DNA from: Balanoglossus misakiensis
Lineage: Eukaryota; Animalia; Hemichordata
Length of the DNA: 64,000 bases
Assembly: GCA_040954595.2 (NCBI GenBank)
Contig: CM082596.2
Location: 2,904,656 to 2,968,655 of the forward strand
Direction: 5' to 3'
Both the position numbers and the translations under genes were made by a program. Each line of letters begins with the position of its first letter. The stretch's first letter is position 1. Shown piece by piece: positions 27,066-39,500 of the stretch. The notes under the pieces were generated by a model. It saw nothing but the letters and a program-made list of their open reading frames with translations, ran no database searches and had not been told where the DNA came from.

Positions 27066-29318
27066 TCGAAAAATTGTCATATTTTGATGATTTTCATGGG
27101 CTATAACCCATGGTTTTTGATCAGAAATCGATAATTTTTGAAAATTTTCAAAGTCGAAAAATTGTCATATTTTGATGATTTTCATGTGCTATAACCTATG
27201 CTTATTGATCAGAAATCGATAATTTTTGAAAATTTTCAAAGTCGAAAAATTGTCATATTTTGATGATTTTCATGGGCTATAACCCATGGTTTTTGATCAG
27301 AAATCGATAATTTTTGAAAATTTTCAAAGTCGAAAAATTGTCATTTCTGGATGATTTTCACGGGCTATAACCCATGGTTTTTGATCAGAAATCGATAATT
27401 TTTGAAAATTTTCAAAGTCGAAAAATTGTCATTTCTGGATGATTTTCATGGGCTATAACCCATGGTTTTTGATCAGAAATCGATAATTTTTGAAAATTTT
27501 CAAAGTCGAAAAATTGTCATTTCTGGATGATTTTCATGGGCTATAACCCATGGTTTTTGATCAGAAATCGATAATTTTTGAAAATTTTCAAAGTCGAAAA
27601 ATTGTCATTTCTGGATGATTTTCATGGGCTATTACCCATGGTTTTTGATCAGAAATCGATAATTTTTGAAAATTTTCAAAGTCGAAAAATTGTCATTTCT
27701 GGATGATTTTCATGGGCTATAACCCATGGTTTTTGATCAGAAATCGATAATTTTTGAAAATTTTCAAAGTCGAAAAATTGTCATTTCTGGATGATTTTCA
27801 TGGGCTATAACCCATGGTTTTTGATCAGAAATCGATAAATTTTGAAAATTTTCAAAGTCGAGAAATTGTCATTTCTGGATGATTTTCATGGGCTATAACC
27901 CATAGTTTTTGATCAGAAATCGATAAATTTTGAAAATTTTCAAAGTCGAGAAATTGTCATATTTTGATGATTTTCATGGGCTATAACCCATGGTTTTTGA
28001 TCAGAAATCGATAATTTTTGAAAATTTTCAAAGTCGAAAAATTGTCATTTCTGGATGATTTTCACGGGCTATAACCCATGGTTTTTGATCAGAAATCGAT
28101 AATTTTTGAAAATTTTCAAAGTCGAAAAATTGTCATTTCTGGATGATTTTCATGGGCTATAACCCATGGTTTTTGATCAGAAATCGATAATTTTTGAAAA
28201 TTTTCAAAGTCGAAAAATTGTCATTTCTGGATGATTTTCATGGGCTATAACCCATGGTTTTTGATCAGAAATCGATAATTTTTGAAAATTTTCAAAGTCG
28301 AAAAATTGTCATTTCTGGATGATTTTCATGGGCTATAACCCATGGTTTTTGATCAGAAATCGATAATTTTTGAAAATTTTCAAAGTCGAAAAATTGTCAT
28401 TTCTGGATGATTTTCATGGGCTATAACCCATGGTTTTTGATCAGAAATCGATAAATTTTGAAAATTTTCAAAGTCGAGAAATTGTCATTTCTGGATGATT
28501 TTCATGGGCTATAACCCATGGTTTTTGATCAGAAATCGATAATTTTTGAAAATTTTCAAAGTCGAAAAATTGTCATATTTTGATGATTTTCATGGGCTAT
28601 AACCCATGGTTTTTGATCAGAAATCGATAATTTTTGAAAATTTTCAAAGTCGAAAAATTGTCATTTTTTGATGATTTTCATGGGCTATAACCCATGGTTT
28701 TTGATCAGAAATCGATAATTTTTGAAAATTTTCAAAGTCGAAAAATTGTCATTTTTTGATGATTTTCATGGGCTATAACCCATGGTTTTTGATCAGAAAT
28801 CGATAATTTTTGAAAATTTTCAAAGTCGAAAAATTGTCATTTCTGGATGATTTTCATGGGCTATAACCCATGGTTTTTGATCAGAAATCGATAATTTTTG
28901 AAAATTTTCAAAGTCGAAAAATTGTCATTTCTGGATGATTTTCATGGGCTATAACCCATGGTTTTTGATCAGAAATCGATAATTTTTGAAAATTTTCAAA
29001 GTCGAAAAATTGTCATTTCTGGATGATTTTCATGGGCTATAACCCATGGTTTTTGATCAGAAATCGATAAATTTTGAAAATTTTCAAAGTCGAGAAATTG
29101 TCATTTCTGGATGATTTTCAAGGGCTATAACCCATGGTTTTTGATCAGAAATCGATAATTTTTGAAAATTTTCAAAGTCGAAAAATTGTCATTTTTTGAT
29201 GACTTTCATGGGCTATAACCCATGATTTTTGATCAGAAATCGATAATTTTTGAAAATTTTCAAAGTCGAAAAATTGTCATTTCTGGATGATTTTCACGGG
29301 CTATAACCCATGGTTTTT
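27064..29318 (+). repeat. Type-A satellite block, 88-bp unit, ~25.6 copies
   Basis: 88-bp period (e.g. GGG at 27450 and 27538). Subtypes CATATTTTG, CATTTCTGG and CATTTTTTG. Confidence 0.95.
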
Positions 29319-30503
29319 CAAAAAATCACAATTTTCCGACTTTTTTAATTTTCAAAATTTGGCCATTTTTCACAAAAATCATGGGTTATAGCCCATGATT
29401 TTCATCAAAAAATCACAATTTTCCGACTTTTTTAATTTTCAAAATTTGGCCATTTTTCACAAAAATCATGGGTTATAGCCCATGATTTTCATCAAAAAAT
29501 CACAATTTTCCGACTTTTTTAATTTTCAAAATTTGGCCATTTTTCACAAAAATCATGGGTTATAGCCCATGATTTTCATCAAAAAATCACAATTTTCCGA
29601 CTTTTTTAATTTTCAAAATTTGGCCATTTTTCACAAAAATCATGGGTTATAGCCCATGATTTTCATCAAAAAATCACAATTTTCCGACTTTTTTAATTTT
29701 CAAAATTTGGCCATTTTTCACAAAAATCATGGGTTATAGCCCATGATTTTCATCAAAAAATCACAATTTTCCGACTTTTTTAATTTTCAAAATTTGGCCA
29801 TTTTTCACAAAAATCATGGGTTATAGCCCATGATTTTCATCAAAAAATCACAATTTTCCGACTTTTTTAATTTTCAAAATTTGGCCATTTTTCACAAAAA
29901 TCATGGGTTATAGCCCATGATTTCCATCAAAAAATCACAATTTTCCGACTTTTTTAATTTTCAAAATTTGGCCATTTTTCACAAAAATCATGGGTTATAG
30001 CCCATGATTTTCATCAAAAAATCACAATTTTCCGACTTTTTTAATTTTCAAAATTTGGCCATTTTTCACAAAAATCATGGGTTATAGCCCATGATTTTCA
30101 TCAAAAAATCACAATTTTCCGACTTTTTTAATTTTCAAAATTTTGCCATTTTTCACAAAAATCATGGGTTATAGCCCATGATTTTCATCAAAAAATCACA
30201 ATTTTCCGACTTTTTTAATTTTCAAAATTTGGCCATTTTTCACAAAAATCATGGGTTATAGCCCATGATTTTCATCAAAAAATCACAATTTTCCGACTTT
30301 TTTAATTTTCAAAATTTGGCCATTTTTCACAAAAATCATGGGTTATAGCCCATGATTTTCATCAAAAAATCACAATTTTCCGACTTTTTTAATTTTCAAA
30401 ATTTGGCCATTTTTCACAAAAATCATGGGTTATAGCCCATGATTTTCATCAAAAAATCACAATTTTCCGACTTTTTTAATTTTCAAAATTTGGCCATTTT
30501 TCA
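29319..30503 (-). repeat. Type-B satellite block, inverted, ~13.6 copies
   Basis: Near-exact reverse complement of the main type-B array. Confidence 0.95.
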
Positions 30504-30531
30504 TTGCGAATTTTCAAAATTTCTTCATTTA

Positions 30532-33500
30532 TGATGAAAATCATGGGCTATAACCCATGATTTTTTTGAAAAATGGCCAAATTTTGAAAATTAAAAAAGT
30601 CGGAAAATTGTGATTTTTTGATGAAAATCATGGGCTATAACCCATGATTTTTGTGAAAAATGGCCAAATTTTGAAAATTAAAAAAGTCGGAAAATTGTGA
30701 TTTTTTGATGAAAATCATGGGCTATAACCCATGATTTTTGTGAAAAATGGCCAAATTTTGAAAATTAAAAAAGTCGGAAAATTGTGATTTTTTGATGAAA
30801 ATCATGGGCTATAACCCATGATTTTTGTGAAAAATGGCCAAATTTTGAAAATTAAAAAAGTCGGAAAATTGTGATTTTTTGATGAAAATCATGGGCTATA
30901 ACCCATGATTTTTGTGAAAAATGGCCAAATTTTGAAAATTAAAAAAGTCGGAAAATTGTGATTTTTTGATGAAAATCATGGGCTATAACCCATGATTTTT
31001 GTGAAAAATGGCCAAATTTTGAAAATTAAAAAAGTCGGAAAATTGTGATTTTTTGATGAAAATCATGGGCTATAACCCATGATTTTTGTGAAAAATGGCC
31101 AAATTTTGAAAATTAAAAAAGTCGGAAAATTGTGATTTTTTGATGAAAATCATGGGCTATAACCCATGATTTTTGTGAAAAATGGCCAAATTTTGAAAAT
31201 TAAAAAAGTCGGAAAATTGTGATTTTTTGATGAAAATCATGGGCTATAACCCATGATTTTTGTGAAAAATGGCCAAATTTTGAAAATTAAAAAAGTCGGA
31301 AAATTGTGATTTTTTGATGAAAATCATGGGCTATAACCCATGATTTTTGTGAAAAATGGCCAAATTTTGAAAATTAAAAAAGTCGGAAAATTGTGATTTT
31401 TTGATGAAAATCATGGGCTATAACCCATGATTTTTGTGAAAAATGGCCAAATTTTGAAAATTAAAAAAGTCGGAAAATTGTGATTTTTTGATGAAAATCA
31501 TGGGCTATAACCCATGATTTTTGTGAAAAATGGCCAAATTTTGAAAATTAAAAAAGTCGGAAAATTGTGATTTTTTGATGAAAATCATGGGCTATAACCC
31601 ATGATTTTTGTGAAAAATGGCCAAATTTTGAAAATTAAAAAAGTCGGAAAATTGTGATTTTTTGATGAAAATCGTGGGCTATAACCCATGATTTTTGTGA
31701 AAAATGGCCAAATTTTGAAAATTAAAAAAGTCGGAAAATTGTGATTTTTTGATGAAAATCGTGGGCTATAACCCATGATTTTTGTGAAAAATGGCCAAAT
31801 TTTGAAAATTAAAAAAGTCGGAAAATTGTGATTTTTTGATGAAAATCGTGGGCTATAACCCATGATTTTTGTGAAAAATGGCCAAATTTTGAAAATTAAA
31901 AAAGTCGGAAAATTGTGATTTTTTGATGAAAATCGTGGGCTATAACCCATGATTTTTGTGAAAAATGGCCAAATTTTGAAAATTAAAAAAGTCGGAAAAT
32001 TGTGATTTTTTGATGAAAATCGTGGGCTATAACCCATGATTTTTGTGAAAAATGGCCAAATTTTGAAAATTAAAAAAGTCGGAAAATTGTGATTTTTTGA
32101 TGAAAATCGTGGGCTATAACCCATGATTTTTGTGAAAAATGGCCAAATTTTGAAAATTAAAAAAGTCGGAAAATTGTGATTTTTTGATGAAAATCATGGG
32201 CTATAACCCATGATTTTTGTGAAAAATGGCCAAATTTTGAAAATTAAAAAAGTCGGAAAATTGTGATTTTTTGATGAAAATCATGGGCTATAACCCATGA
32301 TTTTTGTGAAAAATGGCCAAATTTTGAAAATTAAAAAAGTCGGAAAATTGTGATTTTTTGATGAAAATCATGGGCTATAACCCATGATTTTTGTGAAAAA
32401 TGGCCAAATTTTGAAAATTAAAAAAGTCGGAAAATTGTGATTTTTTGATGAAAATCATGGGCTATAACCCATGATTTTTGTGAAAAATGGCCAAATTTTG
32501 AAAATTAAAAAAGTCGGAAAATTGTGATTTTTTGATGAAAATCATGGGCTATAACCCATGATTTTTGTGAAAAATGGCCAAATTTTGAAAATTAAAAAAG
32601 TCGGAAAATTGTGATTTTTTGATGAAAATCATGGGCTATAACCCATGATTTTTGTGAAAAATGGCCAAATTTTGAAAATTAAAAAAGTCGGAAAATTGTG
32701 ATTTTTTGATGAAAATCATGGGCTATAACCCATGATTTTTGTGAAAAATGGCCAAATTTTGAAAATTAAAAAAGTCGGAAAATTGTGATTTTTTGATGAA
32801 AATCATGGGCTATAACCCATGATTTTTGTGAAAAATGGCCAAATTTTGAAAATTAAAAAAGTCGGAAAATTGTGATTTTTTGATGAAAATCGTGGGCTAT
32901 AACCCATGATTTTTGTGAAAAATGGCCAAATTTTGAAAATTAAAAAAGTCGGAAAATTGTGATTTTTTGATGAAAATCATGGGCTATAACCCATGATTTT
33001 TGTGAAAAATGGCCAAATTTTGAAAATTAAAAAAGTCGGAAAATTGTGATTTTTTGATGAAAATCATGGGCTATAACCCATGATTTTTGTGAAAAATGGC
33101 CAAATTTTGAAAATTAAAAAAGTCGGAAAATTGTGATTTTTTGATGAAAATCGTGGGCTATAACCCATGATTTTTGTGAAAAATGGCCAAATTTTGAAAA
33201 TTAAAAAAGTCGGAAAATTGTGATTTTTTGATGAAAATCATGGGCTATAACCCATGATTTTTGTGAAAAATGGCCAAATTTTGAAAATTAAAAAAGTCGG
33301 AAAATTGTGATTTTTTGATGAAAATCATGGGCTATAACCCATGATTTTTGTGAAAAATGGCCAAATTTTGAAAATTAAAAAAGTCGGAAAATTGTGATTT
33401 TTTGATGAAAATCATGGGCTATAACCCATGATTTTTGTGAAAAATGGCCAAATTTTGAAAATTAAAAAAGTCGGAAAATTGTGATTTTTTGATGAAAATC

Positions 33501-36500
33501 ATGGGCTATAACCCATGATTTTTGTGAAAAATGGCCAAATTTTGAAAATTAAAAAAGTCGGAAAATTGTGATTTTTTGATGAAAATCATGGGCTATAACC
33601 CATGATTTTTGTGAAAAATGGCCAAATTTTGAAAATTAAAAAAGTCGGAAAATTGTGATTTTTTGATGAAAATCATGGGCTATAACCCATGATTTTTGTG
33701 AAAAATGGCCAAATTTTGAAAATTAAAAAAGTCGGAAAATTGTGATTTTTTGATGAAAATCATGGGCTATAACCCATGATTTTTGTGAAAAATGGCCAAA
33801 TTTTGAAAATTAAAAAAGTCGGAAAATTGTGATTTTTTGATGAAAATCGTGGGCTATAACCCATGATTTTTGTGAAAAATGGCCAAATTTTGAAAATTAA
33901 AAAAGTCGGAAAATTGTGATTTTTTGATGAAAATCATGGGCTATAACCCATGATTTTTGTGAAAAATGGCCAAATTTTGAAAATTAAAAAAGTCGGAAAA
34001 TTGTGATTTTTTGATGAAAATCATGGGCTATAACCCATGATTTTTGTGAAAAATGGCCAAATTTTGAAAATTAAAAAAGTCGGAAAATTGTGATTTTTTG
34101 ATGAAAATCATGGGCTATAACCCATGATTTTTGTGAAAAATGGCCAAATTTTGAAAATTAAAAAAGTCGGAAAATTGTGATTTTTTGATGAAAATCATGG
34201 GCTATAACCCATGATTTTTGTGAAAAATGGCCAAATTTTGAAAATTAAAAAAGTCGGAAAATTGTGATTTTTTGATGAAAATCGTGGGCTATAACCCATG
34301 ATTTTTGTGAAAAATGGCCAAATTTTGAAAATTAAAAAAGTCGGAAAATTGTGATTTTTTGATGAAAATCATGGGCTATAACCCATGATTTTTGTGAAAA
34401 ATGGCCAAATTTTGAAAATTAAAAAAGTCGGAAAATTGTGATTTTTTGATGAAAATCATGGGCTATAACCCATGATTTTTGTGAAAAATGGCCAAATTTT
34501 GAAAATTAAAAAAGTCGGAAAATTGTGATTTTTTGATGAAAATCGTGGGCTATAACCCATGATTTTTGTGAAAAATGGCCAAATTTTGAAAATTAAAAAA
34601 GTCGGAAAATTGTGATTTTTTGATGAAAATCATGGGCTATAACCCATGATTTTTGTGAAAAATGGCCAAATTTTGATAATTAAAAAAGTCGGAAAATTGT
34701 GATTTTTTGATGAAAATCATGGGCTATAACCCATGATTTTTGTGAAAAATGGCCAAATTTTGAAAATTAAAAAAGTCGGAAAATTGTGATTTTTTGATGA
34801 AAATCATGGGCTATAACCCATGATTTTTGTGAAAAATGGCCAAATTTTGAAAATTAAAAAAGTCGGAAAATTGTGATTTTTTGATGAAAATCATGGGCTA
34901 TAACCCATGATTTTTGTGAAAAATGGCCAAATTTTGAAAATTAAAAAAGTCGGAAAATTGTGATTTTTTGATGAAAATCATGGGCTATAACCCATGATTT
35001 TTGTGAAAAATGGCCAAATTTTGAAAATTAAAAAAGTCGGAAAATTGTGATTTTTTGATGAAAATCATGGGCTATAACCCATGATTTTTGTGAAAAATGG
35101 CCAAATTTTGAAAATTAAAAAAGTCGGAAAATTGTGATTTTTTGATGAAAATCATGGGCTATAACCCATGATTTTTGTGAAAAATGGCCAAATTTTGAAA
35201 ATTAAAAAAGTCGGAAAATTGTGATTTTTTGATGAAAATCATGGGCTATAACCCATGATTTTTGTGAAAAATGGCCAAATTTTGAAAATTAAAAAAGTCG
35301 GAAAATTGTGATTTTTTGATGAAAATCATGGGCTATAACCCATGATTTTTGTGAAAAATGGCCAAATTTTGAAAATTAAAAAAGTCGGAAAATTGTGATT
35401 TTTTGATGAAAATCATGGGCTATAACCCATGATTTTTGTGAAAAATGGCCAAATTTTGAAAATTAAAAAAGTCGGAAAATTGTGATTTTTTGATGAAAAT
35501 CGTGGGCTATAACCCATGATTTTTGTGAAAAATGGCCAAATTTTGAAAATTAAAAAAGTCGGAAAATTGTGATTTTTTGATGAAAATCGTGGGCTATAAC
35601 CCATGATTTTTGTGAAAAATGGCCAAATTTTGAAAATTAAAAAAGTCGGAAAATTGTGATTTTTTGATGAAAATCATGGGCTATAACCCATGATTTTTGT
35701 GAAAAATGGCCAAATTTTGAAAATTAAAAAAGTCGGAAAATTGTGATTTTTTGATGAAAATCATGGGCTATAACCCATGATTTTTGTGAAAAATGGCCAA
35801 ATTTTGAAAATTAAAAAAGTCGGAAAATTGTGATTTTTTGATGAAAATCATGGGCTATAACCCATGATTTTTGTGAAAAATGGCCAAATTTTGAAAATTA
35901 AAAAAGTCGGAAAATTGTGATTTTTTGATGAAAATCATGGGCTATAACCCATGATTTTTGTGAAAAATGGCCAAATTTTGAAAATTAAAAAAGTCGGAAA
36001 ATTGTGATTTTTTGATGAAAATCATGGGCTATAACCCATGATTTTTGTGAAAAATGGCCAAATTTTGAAAATTAAAAAAGTCGGAAAATTGTGATTTTTT
36101 GATGAAAATCATGGGCTATAACCCATGATTTTTGTGAAAAATGGCCAAATTTTGAAAATTAAAAAAGTCGGAAAATTGTGATTTTTTGATGAAAATCATG
36201 GGCTATAACCCATGATTTTTGTGAAAAATGGCCAAATTTTGAAAATTAAAAAAGTCGGAAAATTGTGATTTTTTGATGAAAATCGTGGGCTATAACCCAT
36301 GATTTTTGTGAAAAATGGCCAAATTTTGAAAATTAAAAAAGTCGGAAAATTGTGATTTTTTGATGAAAATCGTGGGCTATAACCCATGATTTTTGTGAAA
36401 AATGGCCAAATTTTGAAAATTAAAAAAGTCGGAAAATTGTGATTTTTTGATGAAAATCGTGGGCTATAACCCATGATTTTTGTGAAAAATGGCCAAATTT

Positions 36501-39500
36501 TGAAAATTAAAAAAGTCGGAAAATTGTGATTTTTTGATGAAAATCGTGGGCTATAACCCATGATTTTTGTGAAACATGGCCAAATTTTGAAAATTAAAAA
36601 AGTCGGAAAATTGTGATTTTTTGATGAAAATCATGGGCTATAACCCATGATTTTTGTGAAACATGGCCAAATTTTGAAAATTAAAAAAGTCGGAAAATTG
36701 TGATTTTTTGATGAAAATCATGGGCTATAACCCATGATTTTTGTGAAACATGGCCAAATTTTGAAAATTAAAAAAGTCGGAAAATTGTGATTTTTTGATG
36801 AAAATCATGGGCTATAACCCATGATTTTTGTGAAAAATGGCCAAATTTTGAAAATTAAAAAAGTCGGAAAATTGTGATTTTTTGATGAAAATCATGGGCT
36901 ATAACCCATGATTTTTGTGAAAAATGGCCAAATTTTGAAAATTAAAAAAGTCGGAAAATTGTGATTTTTTGATGAAAATCATGGGCTATAACCCATGATT
37001 TTTGTGAAAAATGGCCAAATTTTGAAAATTAAAAAAGTCGGAAAATTGTGATTTTTTGATGAAAATCATGGGCTATAACCCATGATTTTTGTGAAACATG
37101 GCCAAATTTTGAAAATTAAAAAAGTCGGAAAATTGTGATTTTTTGATGAAAATCATGGGCTATAACCCATGATTTTTGTGAAAAATGGCCAAATTTTGAA
37201 AATTAAAAAAGTCGGAAAATTGTGATTTTTTGATGAAAATCATGGGCTATAACCCATGATTTTTGTGAAAAATGGCCAAATTTTGAAAATTAAAAAAGTC
37301 GGAAAATTGTGATTTTTTGATGAAAATCATGGGCTATAACCCATGATTTTTGTGAAAAATGGCCAAATTTTGAAAATTAAAAAAGTCGGAAAATTGTGAT
37401 TTTTTGATGAAAATCATGGGCTATAACCCATGATTTTTGTGAAAAATGGCCAAATTTTGAAAATTAAAAAAGTCGGAAAATTGTGATTTTTTGATGAAAA
37501 TCATGGGCTATAACCCATGATTTTTGTGAAAAATGGCCAAATTTTGAAAATTAAAAAAGTCGGAAAATTGTGATTTTTTGATGAAAATCATGGGCTATAA
37601 CCCATGATTTTTGTGAAAAATGGCCAAATTTTGAAAATTAAAAAAGTCGGAAAATTGTGATTTTTTGATGAAAATCATGGGCTATAACCCATGATTTTTG
37701 TGAAAAATGGCCAAATTTTGAAAATTAAAAAAGTCGGAAAATTGTGATTTTTTGATGAAAATCATGGGCTATAACCCATGATTTTTGTGAAAAATGGCCA
37801 AATTTTGAAAATTAAAAAAGTCGGAAAATTGTGATTTTTTGATGAAAATCATGGGCTATAACCCATGATTTTTGTGAAAAATGGCCAAATTTTGAAAATT
37901 AAAAAAGTCGGAAAATTGTGATTTTTTGATGAAAATCATGGGCTATAACCCATGATTTTTGTGAAAAATGGCCAAATTTTGAAAATTAAAAAAGTCGGAA
38001 AATTGTGATTTTTTGATGAAAATCATGGGCTATAACCCATGATTTTTGTGAAAAATGGCCAAATTTTGAAAATTAAAAAAGTCGGAAAATTGTGATTTTT
38101 TGATGAAAATCGTGGGCTATAACCCATGATTTTTGTGAAAAATGGCCAAATTTTGAAAATTAAAAAAGTCGGAAAATTGTGATTTTTTGATGAAAATCGT
38201 GGGCTATAACCCATGATTTTTGTGAAAAATGGCCAAATTTTGAAAATTAAAAAAGTCGGAAAATTGTGATTTTTTGATGAAAATCATGGGCTATAACCCA
38301 TGATTTTTGTGAAAAATGGCCAAATTTTGAAAATTAAAAAAGTCGGAAAATTGTGATTTTTTGATGAAAATCATGGGCTATAACCCATGATTTTTGTGAA
38401 AAATGGCCAAATTTTGAAAATTAAAAAAGTCGGAAAATTGTGATTTTTTGATGAAAATCATGGGCTATAACCCATGATTTTTGTGAAAAATGGCCAAATT
38501 TTGAAAATTAAAAAAGTCGGAAAATTGTGATTTTTTGATGAAAATCGTGGGCTATAACCCATGATTTTTGTGAAAAATGGCCAAATTTTGAAAATTAAAA
38601 AAGTCGGAAAATTGTGATTTTTTGATGAAAATCATGGGCTATAACCCATGATTTTTGTGAAAAATGGCCAAATTTTGAAAATTAAAAAAGTCGGAAAATT
38701 GTGATTTTTTGATGAAAATCGTGGGCTATAACCCATGATTTTTGTGAAAAATGGCCAAATTTTGAAAATTAAAAAAGTCGGAAAATTGTGATTTTTTGAT
38801 GAAAATCATGGGCTATAACCCATGATTTTTGTGAAAAATGGCCAAATTTTGAAAATTAAAAAAGTCGGAAAATTGTGATTTTTTGATGAAAATCATGGGC
38901 TATAACCCATGATTTTTGTGAAAAATGGCCAAATTTTGAAAATTAAAAAAGTCGGAAAATTGTGATTTTTTGATGAAAATCATGGGCTATAACCCATGAT
39001 TTTTGTGAAAAATGGCCAAATTTTGAAAATTAAAAAAGTCGGAAAATTGTGATTTTTTGATGAAAATCATGGGCTATAACCCATGATTTTTGTGAAAAAT
39101 GGCCAAATTTTGAAAATTAAAAAAGTCGGAAAATTGTGATTTTTTGATGAAAATCATGGGCTATAACCCATGATTTTTGTGAAAAATGGCCAAATTTTGA
39201 AAATTAAAAAAGTCGGAAAATTGTGATTTTTTGATGAAAATCATGGGCTATAACCCATGATTTTTGTGAAAAATGGCCAAATTTTGAAAATTAAAAAAGT
39301 CGGAAAATTGTGATTTTTTGATGAAAATCATGGGCTATAACCCATGATTTTTGTGAAAAATGGCCAAATTTTGAAAATTAAAAAAGTCGGAAAATTGTGA
39401 TTTTTTGATGAAAATCATGGGCTATAACCCATGATTTTTGTGAAAAATGGCCAAATTTTGAAAATTAAAAAAGTCGGAAAATTGTGATTTTTTGATGAAA

